Shown here piece by piece: positions 29,474 through 38,323 of a stretch of DNA of 64,000 nt. Origin of the DNA: Actinomycetes bacterium (GTDB lineage: Bacteria; Actinomycetota; Thermoleophilia; BMS3ABIN01); assembly GCA_021790115.1 (NCBI GenBank), contig JAJYIM010000003.1, positions 16,602 through 80,601 on the forward strand, written 5' to 3'. The position numbers were made by a program, and so were the translations under genes. Under the pieces are notes generated by a model that was given only the letters and a program-made list of their open reading frames with translations, was not told where the DNA came from and did not search any database. The number at the start of each line of letters is the position of its first letter. Within the stretch, counting starts at the first letter, position 1.

Positions 29474-29795
29474 GCCGGCGCTCCGGTGATGTTCGCGATG
29501 CGCCCGTCATGACTTTTTTGATAATATGTAGTGTTGTGTCATAATGTTTTTAATCAGTTTACGTACTTTGCCAAATTTAGGCAAGCGCACGGTGTGCTCA
29601 AAAAGAACACGTTGAAAAGACTTTCCCCGGCAGGCAGAAACAAAAACCTGCAGGCCGATGAGCGTAAGTTGATATCAATCCTATATTTAATATATCGCCG
29701 CCGCTCCCCGCCGTTTGCTTCCAGGTCGCCGATCCCTTCTTGCTGTGATATCTTAGAATTCACCGTAGAGTCTGTCCCGACCTCCGGAGGCTGCC

Positions 29796-30401
29796 CTGGT
29801 TACCACTGCTAATGCTCTTACCTGCTTGCGCATTCTTGCCATGCCGGCAATTTTCCTGCTTGTGCTGCTTTCCGGCGGAGCCAGCAACATTGCGATGGCA
29901 ATTTTTCTGGCGGCGGCCCTAACAGACTTCCTCGATGGCCGCCTGGCGCGGCTAACCGGCACCGTCACCGAGCTGGGCAAATCACTCGATCCCGTAGCTG
30001 ACCGGATTTTTGTCGGCGGCACAATTATCGCCCTGACGGTTTCCGGCAGATTGCCGGTTCCCGGCATGGCTTTAATCGCTGTCCGGGATATCTCCATGAT
30101 TGTTGGGTATAAACTGTTCAAGCGCCGCGGCGTCATCATCAGGGTATCCAGACTGGGTAAGACTTACACGGCCGTGTTGATGCTCGCGGTGACGATGGCT
30201 CTGGCCGACATCGGCCCCGGGCGCTGGCATGCGGCTGTTTTCGGGATCTGGCCCTGGCTGTTTTGGGCCGGCGTTGGCGGCTCTTTGTTAACGGGCGCCG
30301 CCTATCTGTCAAAGGCATTTAAGAGCCTGCCCCGGCGGGCTGCTCGCGACGAGGTGGCGGCAAGCTTGGGCAAACGGCAGGAGAAAAGCCGGGGCGGTTG
30401 A
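29796..30401 (+). CDS. CDP-alcohol phosphatidyltransferase (PgsA-like)
   Basis: TDFLDGRLAR..G..LDPVAD signature; ANALTCLR N-terminal motif; probable CTG start. Confidence 0.9.
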   Translation: MVTTANALTCLRILAMPAIFLLVLLSGGASNIAMAIFLAAALTDFLDGRLARLTGTVTELGKSLDPVADRIFVGGTIIALTVSGRLPVPGMALIAVRDISMIVGYKLFKRRGVIIRVSRLGKTYTAVLMLAVTMALADIGPGRWHAAVFGIWPWLFWAGVGGSLLTGAAYLSKAFKSLPRRAARDEVAASLGKRQEKSRGG

Positions 30402-30498
30402 TTTTCAACCCGGCGAGCCAGGCTGTCAGCCCCGGGAATTTGTTTTCAACTGCAAGGGGTTGCAATATAATTAATCTCCTGAAGCCGGGCTTAAGATG

Positions 30499-30588
30499 GA
30501 ACCCATTGCGATAGGCTGCTTGGAGCAAGGCCGAGCGCGAAAAAGCTTTGCCGTCCTCTGTGGCAGAAATACCTATCGAGACAGGCTC
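30499..30588. mobile_element. Degenerate, internally deleted MITE copy
   Basis: Ends GAACCCATTGCGATAGG / CCTATCGAGACAGGCTC match the TIRs at 52922/53100 with 3 and 2 mismatches. Confidence 0.65.
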
Positions 30589-30605
30589 ACCAAGGAAAGG
30601 ATTAA

Positions 30606-33119
30606 ATGAAGGCGGTAGTGATGGCCGGGGGAGAGGGCACGAGGCTGCGGCCGCTCACCAGCAACCAGCCCAAGCCCATGGTCCCCATCGTGAATAAGCC
30701 GTGCATGGAGCACATCATCGAGTTGTTGAAGCAGCACGGCCTCAACGACATCGTTGTCACCGTTGCCTTCCTACCTCAAAGCGTGCGCGCCTATTTCGGC
30801 GACGGCACTTCTCTGGGCGTCTCCATTGCATATTCCGTGGAGGAAAGCCCCCTTGGGACAGCAGGCAGTGTCCGCAACGCCGCCGAGCACCTTGACGAGA
30901 CTTTTATCGTCATCAGCGGCGACGCCCTCACGGACTTCAATCTTGGCGAGATCATAAATTTTCATAACAGCAAGCAGTCACTGATCACGATCGCCCTGAA
31001 ATCCGTTGAGAATCCGCTTGAGTTTGGCGTTGTTATCATCGATGACGAGAACCAGATCAAACAATTCCTGGAAAAACCCAGTTGGGGCCAGGTTTTTAGC
31101 GATTATGTCAACACCGGCATTTACGTCCTTGAACCGGAGATCTTTGATTATATTCCCGAGGGCGAAAAATATGATTTCAGCCAGCAGTTTTTCCCCAAGA
31201 TGCTGGAGCGGGGCAAGCCAATGTTCGGCTACCCTTGCGACGGCTACTGGCAGGACATCGGTAACGTCAACCAGTACCTGAGGGCAAACCACGACGCGCT
31301 CGACGGCAAAGCGAAATTAAACATCCCCGGAATCAGGCTGCAGGAAAATATTTATATCGGCGAGAAGCTGAATCTTGACAGCCTTGACAACATCCGCGGC
31401 CCGGCACTGATCGGCAATTACGCCAAAATCGATCCGGAAGCGAAGATACAGCCCTATTCCATTTTTGGCAACAACGTCGTTGTCAAGGACAATGCCGAGA
31501 CAGATCATTGCGTCGTTGATTCCAATACCTATATCGGCTCAGGCGCCAAGATAAGCGGCTCCCTCATCGGCAAGAACTGTGAAATCAAGCCAAGCGCCAC
31601 CATTCATGCCAACGCCGCCATCGGCGATGAATGCAGTATTGGCGAGCACAGCATGATTGCCAGCAATGTCAAGATTTATCCCTTCAAGGTGATTGAAGCC
31701 GGCGCCCACGTCTACAGCAGCATTATCTGGGAGTGGCGGGCGCTGAGCACGCTGTTTGGCAAGGATGGCGTTTCCGGCCTGGTGAATGTTGACATCACCA
31801 CGGAGCTGGCGCTGAAGCTGGGTATGGCGTATGGAACAGCTCTTGATAAAGGCGCTCAGGTGACCTGCAGCCGGGATGAGCATCCGGCTTCCCGCATGAT
31901 CAAGCGGGCGATCATCGCGGGGCTTACTTCGACGGGGGTGGGGGTGCGGGACCTCAGGGTAACGCCGGCCGCGGTCAACCGCTTCAGCCTAAAAAGCGGC
32001 CGCGCCGCCGGCGGCATTCATGTGCGGGCGTCAGCCTGGCATCCCGAGCTAATGCAGATCCTCTTCTTCGAGCCGCCGGGAAGTCCAATCTCGCAGGCAA
32101 CCGAGCGCGAGATAGAAAAGTATTACAATCAACATAATTACCGCCGCGCATTTTACTCTGAGATTGGCCAGATTGTCTACCCGGCCCGCTCCACGGAGGA
32201 ATACATCCAGGGCCTGCTCTCCAGTTGGGACACGGACAAGATCCGCTCCCGCGGCTTTCGTTTTTTGCTCGATTACAGTTTCAGCTCCGCCTCGCTGATC
32301 GCCAGCCGCATGCTTTCCAGGCTGGGGGCAGAGATTATCGCCCTGAACGCCTTCCTGGATGAAGATAAAAGTTCAACCATATCATCACGGTATGAGGCCA
32401 GCTCTGGACGCATGCAGAAGCTGGTTCTCTCGGCTGGCGCCGACATGGGAATTACAATCGACAATGCGGCCGAGAAAATATTTCTTGTGGATGAGCATGG
32501 CGCTGAGATATCAACTGAAAAAACCCTGTTCTTGCTGCTCAGGTTGATTGCCGCTTCAGAAGGCAGGGGAAAAATTGCGGTGCCGCTAACAGTGTCACGG
32601 CTGGCCGAGGACCTGGTGGAGGGGACAGGCTGCGAAATACTGAGGACCAAAGTGTCCCAGGCGGCTTTAACCGAGGCGGCTTCCCGGCAGGACGTTATCT
32701 TTGCCGGCGCCATCGGTGGCGATTACATCTTTCCCAGGTTTCTGCCGGCGCAAGACGCGCTGATGAGCATGGGCAAGGTGCTGGAGCTGCTGGCGCTTTC
32801 AGAAAAACCGCTGTCGCAGCTGGTGGCGGATATCCCCGGCACAACCCTGCTGCATGAAACAAAAAGCTGCCCCTGGTCGCTTAAGGGCGCCGCCATGCGG
32901 GAAATTTCTGAAAGCGTTCTGGATGAAGAAAACGTGGACAGGCTGGATGGCGTCAAGGTTTTTTATGACGAGGGCTGGGTGCAGATATTGCCGTCTCCCG
33001 ATGAGCCCCTGTTTGAGATTTTTGCGGAAGGGGACACAGTCGACGATTCCCGTGAGCTGCTGGAGCGTTTTTCAGCCAAGCTCGACGAGGTGATGGCGGC
33101 GCACGAGCAGGAAGTCTAG
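30606..33119 (+). CDS. Mannose-1-phosphate guanylyltransferase / hexapeptide repeat / phosphomannomutase-like fusion
   Basis: [36 protein letters not shown] opens the PMM-like domain. Confidence 0.9.
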   Translation: MKAVVMAGGEGTRLRPLTSNQPKPMVPIVNKPCMEHIIELLKQHGLNDIVVTVAFLPQSVRAYFGDGTSLGVSIAYSVEESPLGTAGSVRNAAEHLDETFIVISGDALTDFNLGEIINFHNSKQSLITIALKSVENPLEFGVVIIDDENQIKQFLEKPSWGQVFSDYVNTGIYVLEPEIFDYIPEGEKYDFSQQFFPKMLERGKPMFGYPCDGYWQDIGNVNQYLRANHDALDGKAKLNIPGIRLQENIYIGEKLNLDSLDNIRGPALIGNYAKIDPEAKIQPYSIFGNNVVVKDNAETDHCVVDSNTYIGSGAKISGSLIGKNCEIKPSATIHANAAIGDECSIGEHSMIASNVKIYPFKVIEAGAHVYSSIIWEWRALSTLFGKDGVSGLVNVDITTELALKLGMAYGTALDKGAQVTCSRDEHPASRMIKRAIIAGLTSTGVGVRDLRVTPAAVNRFSLKSGRAAGGIHVRASAWHPELMQILFFEPPGSPISQATEREIEKYYNQHNYRRAFYSEIGQIVYPARSTEEYIQGLLSSWDTDKIRSRGFRFLLDYSFSSASLIASRMLSRLGAEIIALNAFLDEDKSSTISSRYEASSGRMQKLVLSAGADMGITIDNAAEKIFLVDEHGAEISTEKTLFLLLRLIAASEGRGKIAVPLTVSRLAEDLVEGTGCEILRTKVSQAALTEAASRQDVIFAGAIGGDYIFPRFLPAQDALMSMGKVLELLALSEKPLSQLVADIPGTTLLHETKSCPWSLKGAAMREISESVLDEENVDRLDGVKVFYDEGWVQILPSPDEPLFEIFAEGDTVDDSRELLERFSAKLDEVMAAHEQEV

Positions 33120-33141
33120 CTTCTCGCATTCCGCATCAGGA

Positions 33142-33756
33142 TTAGGACTGTTCTGCGCAGCTAGGCGCCGCCTGCTCTTCCGAGGTTCTGGCAATCACCT
33201 GTTTGCTTATACTTCTTAACGCTTCAAACACTCCTTCACCGGTAAGGGCGCAGGACTCTACCGACGGCGAGCCGGTCTGGTTAAGCAGTTCGTTCAGGTC
33301 CTGGACACGGAAGATATCGGTCAGGTCCCGCTTGTTGTACTGCATCACCAGCCCCAGATCAAGGGGGCTGTCACCCTGGTCTGCGAGATTGTCCCACATG
33401 TTGAGGTACGCTTCCACGTTGTCGTCGAGCCGGTCCAACTGGGAGTCAACCACGAAGACGATGCCGTCAACGCCCTGGATTACCAGCTTGCGGCTGGCGT
33501 TATATTGCGGCTGCCCGGGCACGGTGTACAAATGGAATCTGGTTTTCAGGCCCCGGACCTTATCCAGTGTCAGCGGCAAAAAATCAAAGTAGAGGGTTCT
33601 TTCTTCCTCCGTGGCAATGGAGACGAGCTTGCCTTTCACCTGCGGCGTGATCTTCCTGTAGACGTACTGGATACTCGTGGTTTTGCCGCCGAGGGCGCAG
33701 CCGTAATAGACAATCTTGTAATTGATCTCACCTGCTGCCAGATTAATCAGCGCCAC
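33142..33756 (-). CDS. mglA: MglA-family small Ras-like GTPase
   Basis: KIVYYG..GKTT, RTLYFDFLP, LYTVPGQ, GVDGIVFVVDSQ, QYNKRDL. Confidence 0.93.
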   Translation of the reverse strand: MALINLAAGEINYKIVYYGCALGGKTTSIQYVYRKITPQVKGKLVSIATEEERTLYFDFLPLTLDKVRGLKTRFHLYTVPGQPQYNASRKLVIQGVDGIVFVVDSQLDRLDDNVEAYLNMWDNLADQGDSPLDLGLVMQYNKRDLTDIFRVQDLNELLNQTGSPSVESCALTGEGVFEALRSISKQVIARTSEEQAAPSCAEQS

Positions 33757-34249
33757 GGCGTTCTCCTTGGGCGTTAAAAAGTTCGTCGATGGCCTGCCTG
33801 ATCCCTTCGGCGCAGCCCGGCTCCTCGTCCATGCTGCCGGGCTTGTCTGGCAGCATATTGAGGGCCTCGCAAAGGGAGCGGGCCGCCCTTGCGGCTAGCA
33901 GGCGCACCTTGCCTAGTTCTGTGACCCTGCCAAAGCATATCACCAGCAGAACATCCCCGGTAACCTGTTCAATATATACCTTGATTCTGCTTCCTTCCTG
34001 GAACATGACGCTAAAATCGTAGTCGTCCATCATCTGCGTCAGCTGGCGCGTTGCGGCAAATGAACCGGAAGCAAGTGAAGCCAGCGAGTCAATATCGCCC
34101 TTAAACCCCGCAGCAGAGTAATACATTATGGTCTGGCCACTGGTTGTGATCAGGCCCAGAAACTGCGCCAGCAGCTCTTCGCTCAGCTGCCGGAGAACGC
34201 GGTCGGCGGCTTCCAGCTGGGACTTTAAGACTGTTTGGTTTCTGCTCAA
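33743..34249 (-). CDS. mglB: Roadblock/LC7 protein, MglB-like GAP
   Basis: SLASLASGSFAATRQL..FSVMFQEG..LGKVRL; overlaps mglA; TTG start after GGGGAG. Confidence 0.85.
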   Translation of the reverse strand: MSRNQTVLKSQLEAADRVLRQLSEELLAQFLGLITTSGQTIMYYSAAGFKGDIDSLASLASGSFAATRQLTQMMDDYDFSVMFQEGSRIKVYIEQVTGDVLLVICFGRVTELGKVRLLAARAARSLCEALNMLPDKPGSMDEEPGCAEGIRQAIDELFNAQGERRGAD

Positions 34250-34372
34250 AAAATAGCTCCCCAAATTTCGCCTCAAGCGGCGCGGGTTTCCTTTTTGCAA
34301 ACGAGGCGCAAAACGACGGGGGGAAATATTTTTTCTCTTTGCCGCCGGCCCGGTTGCTTGCCTTCATTACTG

Positions 34373-34400
34373 CTATCGGCAATGATGCCGGCCGTCCCTA
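34373..34400 (-). promoter_or_regulatory. Candidate sigma28/WhiG-type promoter for mglBA
   Basis: Minus strand TAGG-N16-GCCGATAG; good -10, weak -35. Confidence 0.35.
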
Positions 34401-34479
34401 GTTCCTCTAAGGGTAAAGTTGAACCTTTGCCCGTGGGAGAATATAATGACATTAAAGTCTGCTGACCCGGGAGGTCAAG

Positions 34480-34749
34480 TTGGTTAATCTACCAGAACTT
34501 TCGAGCCTGTCCGACCAGGACCTTAAAAAAATGATCCATGAGCTCGCTTCCCAGGAACAAGAGCTAAGTTACCAGCGCCGCATTTTACATGGCAAGATCG
34601 ATATTCTCAGGGCCGAGCTGGTTCAAAGGCTTTCCCGGAAAAGGGGAGAGGGGGAATCCTTGATAAACGACGACGATGTGACGATGCTTAGTGAGATTCT
34701 CTCCCGCAGGGAACCTTTTCCCATGGGCGGCACGCCCAGCGGCAAATAA
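34480..34749 (+). CDS. rsiG: RsiG-family c-di-GMP-binding anti-sigma factor, single-motif form
   Basis: EQELSYQRRILHGKIDILRAEL matches E(x)3S(x)2R(x)3[Q/H](x)3D; SD GGAGG before TTG. Confidence 0.82.
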   Translation: MVNLPELSSLSDQDLKKMIHELASQEQELSYQRRILHGKIDILRAELVQRLSRKRGEGESLINDDDVTMLSEILSRREPFPMGGTPSGK

Positions 34750-34834
34750 CGCCGCTGACCGCAGCCGGTGGTTCGCAAAAAGGCGGCGGCACTATGCCGG
34801 GCTTTGAGATAGGCTCCAGGATCCATACCACTAA

Positions 34835-34904
34835 GAATCTGTCTCGAAAGGTTGTTCGCAGCGAGGCCGGCCGCAGCAGAATATATGCCTTTTGAGATAG
34901 ATTC
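34835..34904. mobile_element. Internally deleted MITE copy flanked by TAA
   Basis: taa-GAATCTGTCTCGAAAGG...CCTTTTGAGATAGATTC-taa; interior matches both arms of the 52922 element. Confidence 0.75.
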
Positions 34905-34926
34905 TAAAGAGAAAAGGGGAGTTGCT

Positions 34927-35181
34927 GTGCCCGACCGAGTTATCCCGGCAATTGAGAGGCTTTTTAAGGACCTTGGCGTTGAAGTAGTCGAAGAAAGGGT
35001 CCTTCATTTTGTCATCCAGGAAATACATGACGGCAAAACACTGGCAGAGGCTCTGGAAGAGCCCTACGTAAAAAATAACACCACTGCCGCCTGGCGGCGC
35101 CAGGTGCTTGAGCGGCCCCAGCTGGTCAAGGCGGTCGAGGAAGAAATTCAGAAGTCATTTAAAGCGCGCGGCGGCGGGTAA
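34927..35181 (+). CDS. Small hypothetical protein
   Basis: SD AGGGGAG before GTG 34927; helical, acidic ORF ending 5 nt before the FHA gene. Confidence 0.7.
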   Translation: MPDRVIPAIERLFKDLGVEVVEERVLHFVIQEIHDGKTLAEALEEPYVKNNTTAAWRRQVLERPQLVKAVEEEIQKSFKARGGG

Positions 35182-35186
35182 GATTC

Positions 35187-35654
35187 ATGACCAGGGTCTA
35201 TTGTCAAGAATGCGGCTACCGGAACACAGCAGAGGGCAAGTACTGCAGCAAATGCGGGGCGCTGCTGCCGGAAGCAGACGCCGGCTCGGAAACGACGATC
35301 AGGTTCTCTCCCGAGGCAGATGAAGAGCCGGACACCGCCGAGGTCGGTGAAATCACCAGCGAGGGCGTTTCCCTGGTTGTCCGCAGCGGCGGCGGCATGG
35401 CCGGAGAAAGTTTTAGCCCACAGAAAGATGAAACCACTATCGGCCGCCATCCCGACAGCGATATTTTCCTCGATGACATTACCGTCTCGCGGAGGCATGC
35501 GCTGCTGATTCATAAAAGCGGCGGATACTTTATCCAGGACCGCGGCAGCCTGAACGGCACCTATGTCAACCGGGTGCGGGTCGAGACCCAGAAGCTTTCT
35601 GATGGCGACCAGCTTCAGATTGGAAAGTACAAGCTAACGTTTATCGAGCGATGA
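35187..35654 (+). CDS. Zinc-ribbon plus FHA domain protein (GarA/OdhI-like)
   Basis: CQECG..CSKCG; ETT motif; IGRHPDSDIFLDDITVSRRHA, GSLNGTYVN. Confidence 0.92.
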   Translation: MTRVYCQECGYRNTAEGKYCSKCGALLPEADAGSETTIRFSPEADEEPDTAEVGEITSEGVSLVVRSGGGMAGESFSPQKDETTIGRHPDSDIFLDDITVSRRHALLIHKSGGYFIQDRGSLNGTYVNRVRVETQKLSDGDQLQIGKYKLTFIER

Positions 35655-36370
35655 TCAGCCAGCAAGGCGGGAAGGGCGCGCCATCAAAACCCTTGACTAT
35701 CGGCGCTGTCGTCAATCTGCTAAAGCCCGACTTCAACAACGTTAGCATTAGCAAGATTCGCTACCTTGAAGACGAAAAACTGATATCACCCCGGCGGACG
35801 CCCGGAGGCTACCGCCTTTTTTCCAAGGCTGACATCGAGCGATTGCGCACGGTGCTCACCCTTCAACGCGATGAATTTCTGCCGCTCAAGGTTATCCGTC
35901 AGGAGCTTTCCCGGAAAGGAACGGTGGCCGTCCGGCCTGCCGGCACCCGCCGCTTTAAAAAAATCAGCCTGCAAACACCGGCTTCTGAATCCCGCTCCTA
36001 CACCCTCGATGAGGCCCTGGAAACAGCAGGAGCAGATGCCAAATTGGTCAGGGAGCTTGAGGATTATGGCCTGATTGCCGGCGTCTCGGAAGGCGGCGTC
36101 AAACACTACGATCAGACGGACGTGGAAGTAATGGCGGCTGCTTCGGATCTGGCCCGCTATGGCGTCGCTGCCAGGAATCTGCGCACACTCAAAAGCTCTG
36201 TTGACCGCGAATCTTCTTTGTTGTTACAAATACTTGCGCCGGCGCTGCACTCCCGGAATCCACAGGCGCGCAAACAGGCAATTGCGGCGCTGGAGAATTT
36301 GGCAACTGTCTCTTCCCACCTTAAGCACCTGCTGTTGATCAAAGACTTGCGGAATTTTACCTCCGGTTGA
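35651..36370 (+). CDS. MerR-family regulator (FtsR-like)
   Basis: SISKIRYLE..P.RTPGGYR; LPLKVIR; conserved position after the FHA gene in Actinomycetota. Confidence 0.9.
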   Translation: MISQQGGKGAPSKPLTIGAVVNLLKPDFNNVSISKIRYLEDEKLISPRRTPGGYRLFSKADIERLRTVLTLQRDEFLPLKVIRQELSRKGTVAVRPAGTRRFKKISLQTPASESRSYTLDEALETAGADAKLVRELEDYGLIAGVSEGGVKHYDQTDVEVMAAASDLARYGVAARNLRTLKSSVDRESSLLLQILAPALHSRNPQARKQAIAALENLATVSSHLKHLLLIKDLRNFTSG

Positions 36371-36419
36371 CTCATCCGCCACGCGCCCGAAGCACAAGGC
36401 TAAACAGAAAGGAGAACTA

Positions 36420-36935
36420 ATGGACCTTGCCGCCAGAATTCGCGACATACCCGATTTCCCCAAAAAAGGCATCATTTTTAAAGACATTACGCCGCTGCTT
36501 CAAGATGCGGAATCGCTCCGTTATGCCGTAGATCAGATGGCCGAGTTTGGAGTGGGGAGGAAGGTTGACATTGTCCTTGGGGCTGAGGCCAGGGGGTTTA
36601 TCCTGGGCGCGACGCTCGCTTACACGCTGGGGGCGGGTTTTGTGCCGGCCAGAAAGCCGGGAAAGCTGCCGTTCACCACAGTGGCCACGGAATACGAGCT
36701 GGAATACGGCACCGACAGCCTGGAAATTCACGAGGACGCCATCAGGCCCGGGAGCCGCGTGCTTGTACACGACGACCTGCTGGCCACCGGGGGCACCGCC
36801 AGGGCCAAATGCGACCTGGTCGAAAAGCTGGGCGGAGAAGTAGTGGGGCTCGCTTTCATCATCGAGCTTTCATTTCTGAGCGGCAGGGAAAAGCTGAAAG
36901 ACTACGACCTGCTCAGCCTGGTAAAAGTGGCGTAG
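36420..36935 (+). CDS. apt: Adenine phosphoribosyltransferase
   Basis: IPDFPKKGIIFKDITP, EARGF, RKPGKLP, DDLLATGGT. Confidence 0.98.
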   Translation: MDLAARIRDIPDFPKKGIIFKDITPLLQDAESLRYAVDQMAEFGVGRKVDIVLGAEARGFILGATLAYTLGAGFVPARKPGKLPFTTVATEYELEYGTDSLEIHEDAIRPGSRVLVHDDLLATGGTARAKCDLVEKLGGEVVGLAFIIELSFLSGREKLKDYDLLSLVKVA

Positions 36936-36960
36936 GGGCGACCCGGCGGGTCGCCCCTAC
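36932..36960. repeat. GTAG-type REP palindrome overlapping the apt stop
   Basis: GTAGGGGCGACCC-GGC-GGGTCGCCCCTAC, 13-bp perfect stem; likely terminator between convergent genes. Confidence 0.85.
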
Positions 36961-37011
36961 GCCCACTTGTCAAAAAGCATTTTTACCTGTGACATGATGT
37001 CCCCGGTAAAT

Positions 37012-38082
37012 TTAGTCATAGATTTCCGCCGTCACGTAACCGATGCCATCCAGCCCCAACGACTGGGCGGCGGCGTAAGAGAGGTCAAGGATGCGGCCGC
37101 CGACGTACGGTCCGCGGTCGTTTATCCTGACAAAAACTGAGCGGCCGTTGAAGCTGACCTTCAGCCAGGTTCCAAAAGGCAGGGTCTTGCTGGCCGCCGT
37201 GTATGCGTACATGTTGTAAGTCTCGCCGCTGGCGGTGCTCTGACCGTTAAAGCCGGGCCCATACCAGCTGGCCACTCCGGCCAGGGTTATGCCCGAGGGC
37301 TTTAGACCGGATGGCGGGCTATCGCCAACATCAATTGTTGCCGGGCCTGTTCCCGTTGCTGGCCCGGCAGTAGGGGCGACCCGCCGGGTCGCTCCTTCTT
37401 CTCGCGCCTGTGCCTGGGCCAGTGCGGCAGTGGCGGCGTTGATATTGTACAGATCGGCATCTATTTTGGCCTGCAGTTGCTCTTTTTGCGCCTCCAGTCC
37501 GGCAAGGTTTGCGGCGCTGTCCTGTTTAAGCGCATCGACCTGTTTTTGAAGCGCCCGCACCTCTTCAGCCTGCGACTTAACCCTGTCAACAAGCTTTTGG
37601 TCATTTTCAGAAATGGTCGCCAGGTAAGAAAAACGGGAAAGGGCATCCGCGAAGCTTTCACTTGACAAAATCACTGAATAGGCGTCATCATTGCCGAGCT
37701 TGTAGATGGCCGACAGCCTGCCATTAAACATATTTAATGAGTTGTAATAAGCGTTCTCAGCTTCGTCAAGGCGGTCATTGGCATCCGCCAGCTGAAGCCG
37801 GCGCTGACCCAGGTATTGCTCGGCGTCGGCGATATTCAGGTCCAGCACCGCCATCTGCGAGCGGTCCTGCGCCAGCGCCACTTGCTGATATTCAATCCTG
37901 GCGGCAATATCGGCTGAACTTGCCTGGGAAGAACCGGTTCCAACCGAATTGTCCGGAAGCTGCTGAGCCAGTGACAAAGAGGCAACCGTGAATGTAAACG
38001 CAGCTGCAATTATTGCGGCGAGCAGCACCTTGCTTAATTTTCCTGTGCAGATGTTTTTCAAATTATGAGGACCGTTAACCAC
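37012..38082 (-). CDS. Secreted coiled-coil plus RlpA-like (DPBB) lytic transglycosylase
   Basis: Signal peptide, PcsB/CwlO-like coiled coil, ASWYG..TASGE..TAASKTLPFG..VRINDRGP..DLS. Confidence 0.9.
   Translation of the reverse strand: MVNGPHNLKNICTGKLSKVLLAAIIAAAFTFTVASLSLAQQLPDNSVGTGSSQASSADIAARIEYQQVALAQDRSQMAVLDLNIADAEQYLGQRRLQLADANDRLDEAENAYYNSLNMFNGRLSAIYKLGNDDAYSVILSSESFADALSRFSYLATISENDQKLVDRVKSQAEEVRALQKQVDALKQDSAANLAGLEAQKEQLQAKIDADLYNINAATAALAQAQAREEGATRRVAPTAGPATGTGPATIDVGDSPPSGLKPSGITLAGVASWYGPGFNGQSTASGETYNMYAYTAASKTLPFGTWLKVSFNGRSVFVRINDRGPYVGGRILDLSYAAAQSLGLDGIGYVTAEIYD
37370..37396. repeat. Second REP copy inside the RlpA-like CDS
   Basis: GTAGGGGCGACCCGCCGGGTCGCTCCT; inverted near-copy of 36932-36960. 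Confidence 0.8.
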
Positions 38083-38089
38083 GCTCGTA

Positions 38090-38116
38090 CTATCGTCTTC
38101 AAAGTAAAAGAGTTTA
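38090..38116 (-). promoter_or_regulatory. sigma28/FliA/WhiG-type promoter
   Basis: Minus strand TAAA-N15-GACGATAG, 7 nt before GTG 38082. Confidence 0.6.
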
Positions 38117-38323
38117 ACAGTTAATAAAGGCGGAGCAACAGGGCCAGTTTGTTATTAGCTTAGTTCTGTTCACCATGTTTACATAAGATATATTATCGTG
38201 CATGGCTGGGGGCGCTGCTTTTATATGGGCACCGCCATCCTAGCTTATCAGCTATTGCGGACATCTCCATGCGGTTAGATTCTCCCGTTGCTATACTAAC
38301 GGGAATAATCTAATTCTGGAAAA

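Noticed and set aside
29474..29765. Rex/FNR/CRP operator upstream of the respiratory cassette
   Set aside because: AT-rich with partial sites (TTGATATCAA without spacer; TGTGA..TCAC mis-spaced), but no correctly spaced consensus
6130..29800. Integrative element with an att duplication of the tRNA-Pro 3' end
   Set aside because: No integrase, and no second copy of the tRNA 3' end found by eye
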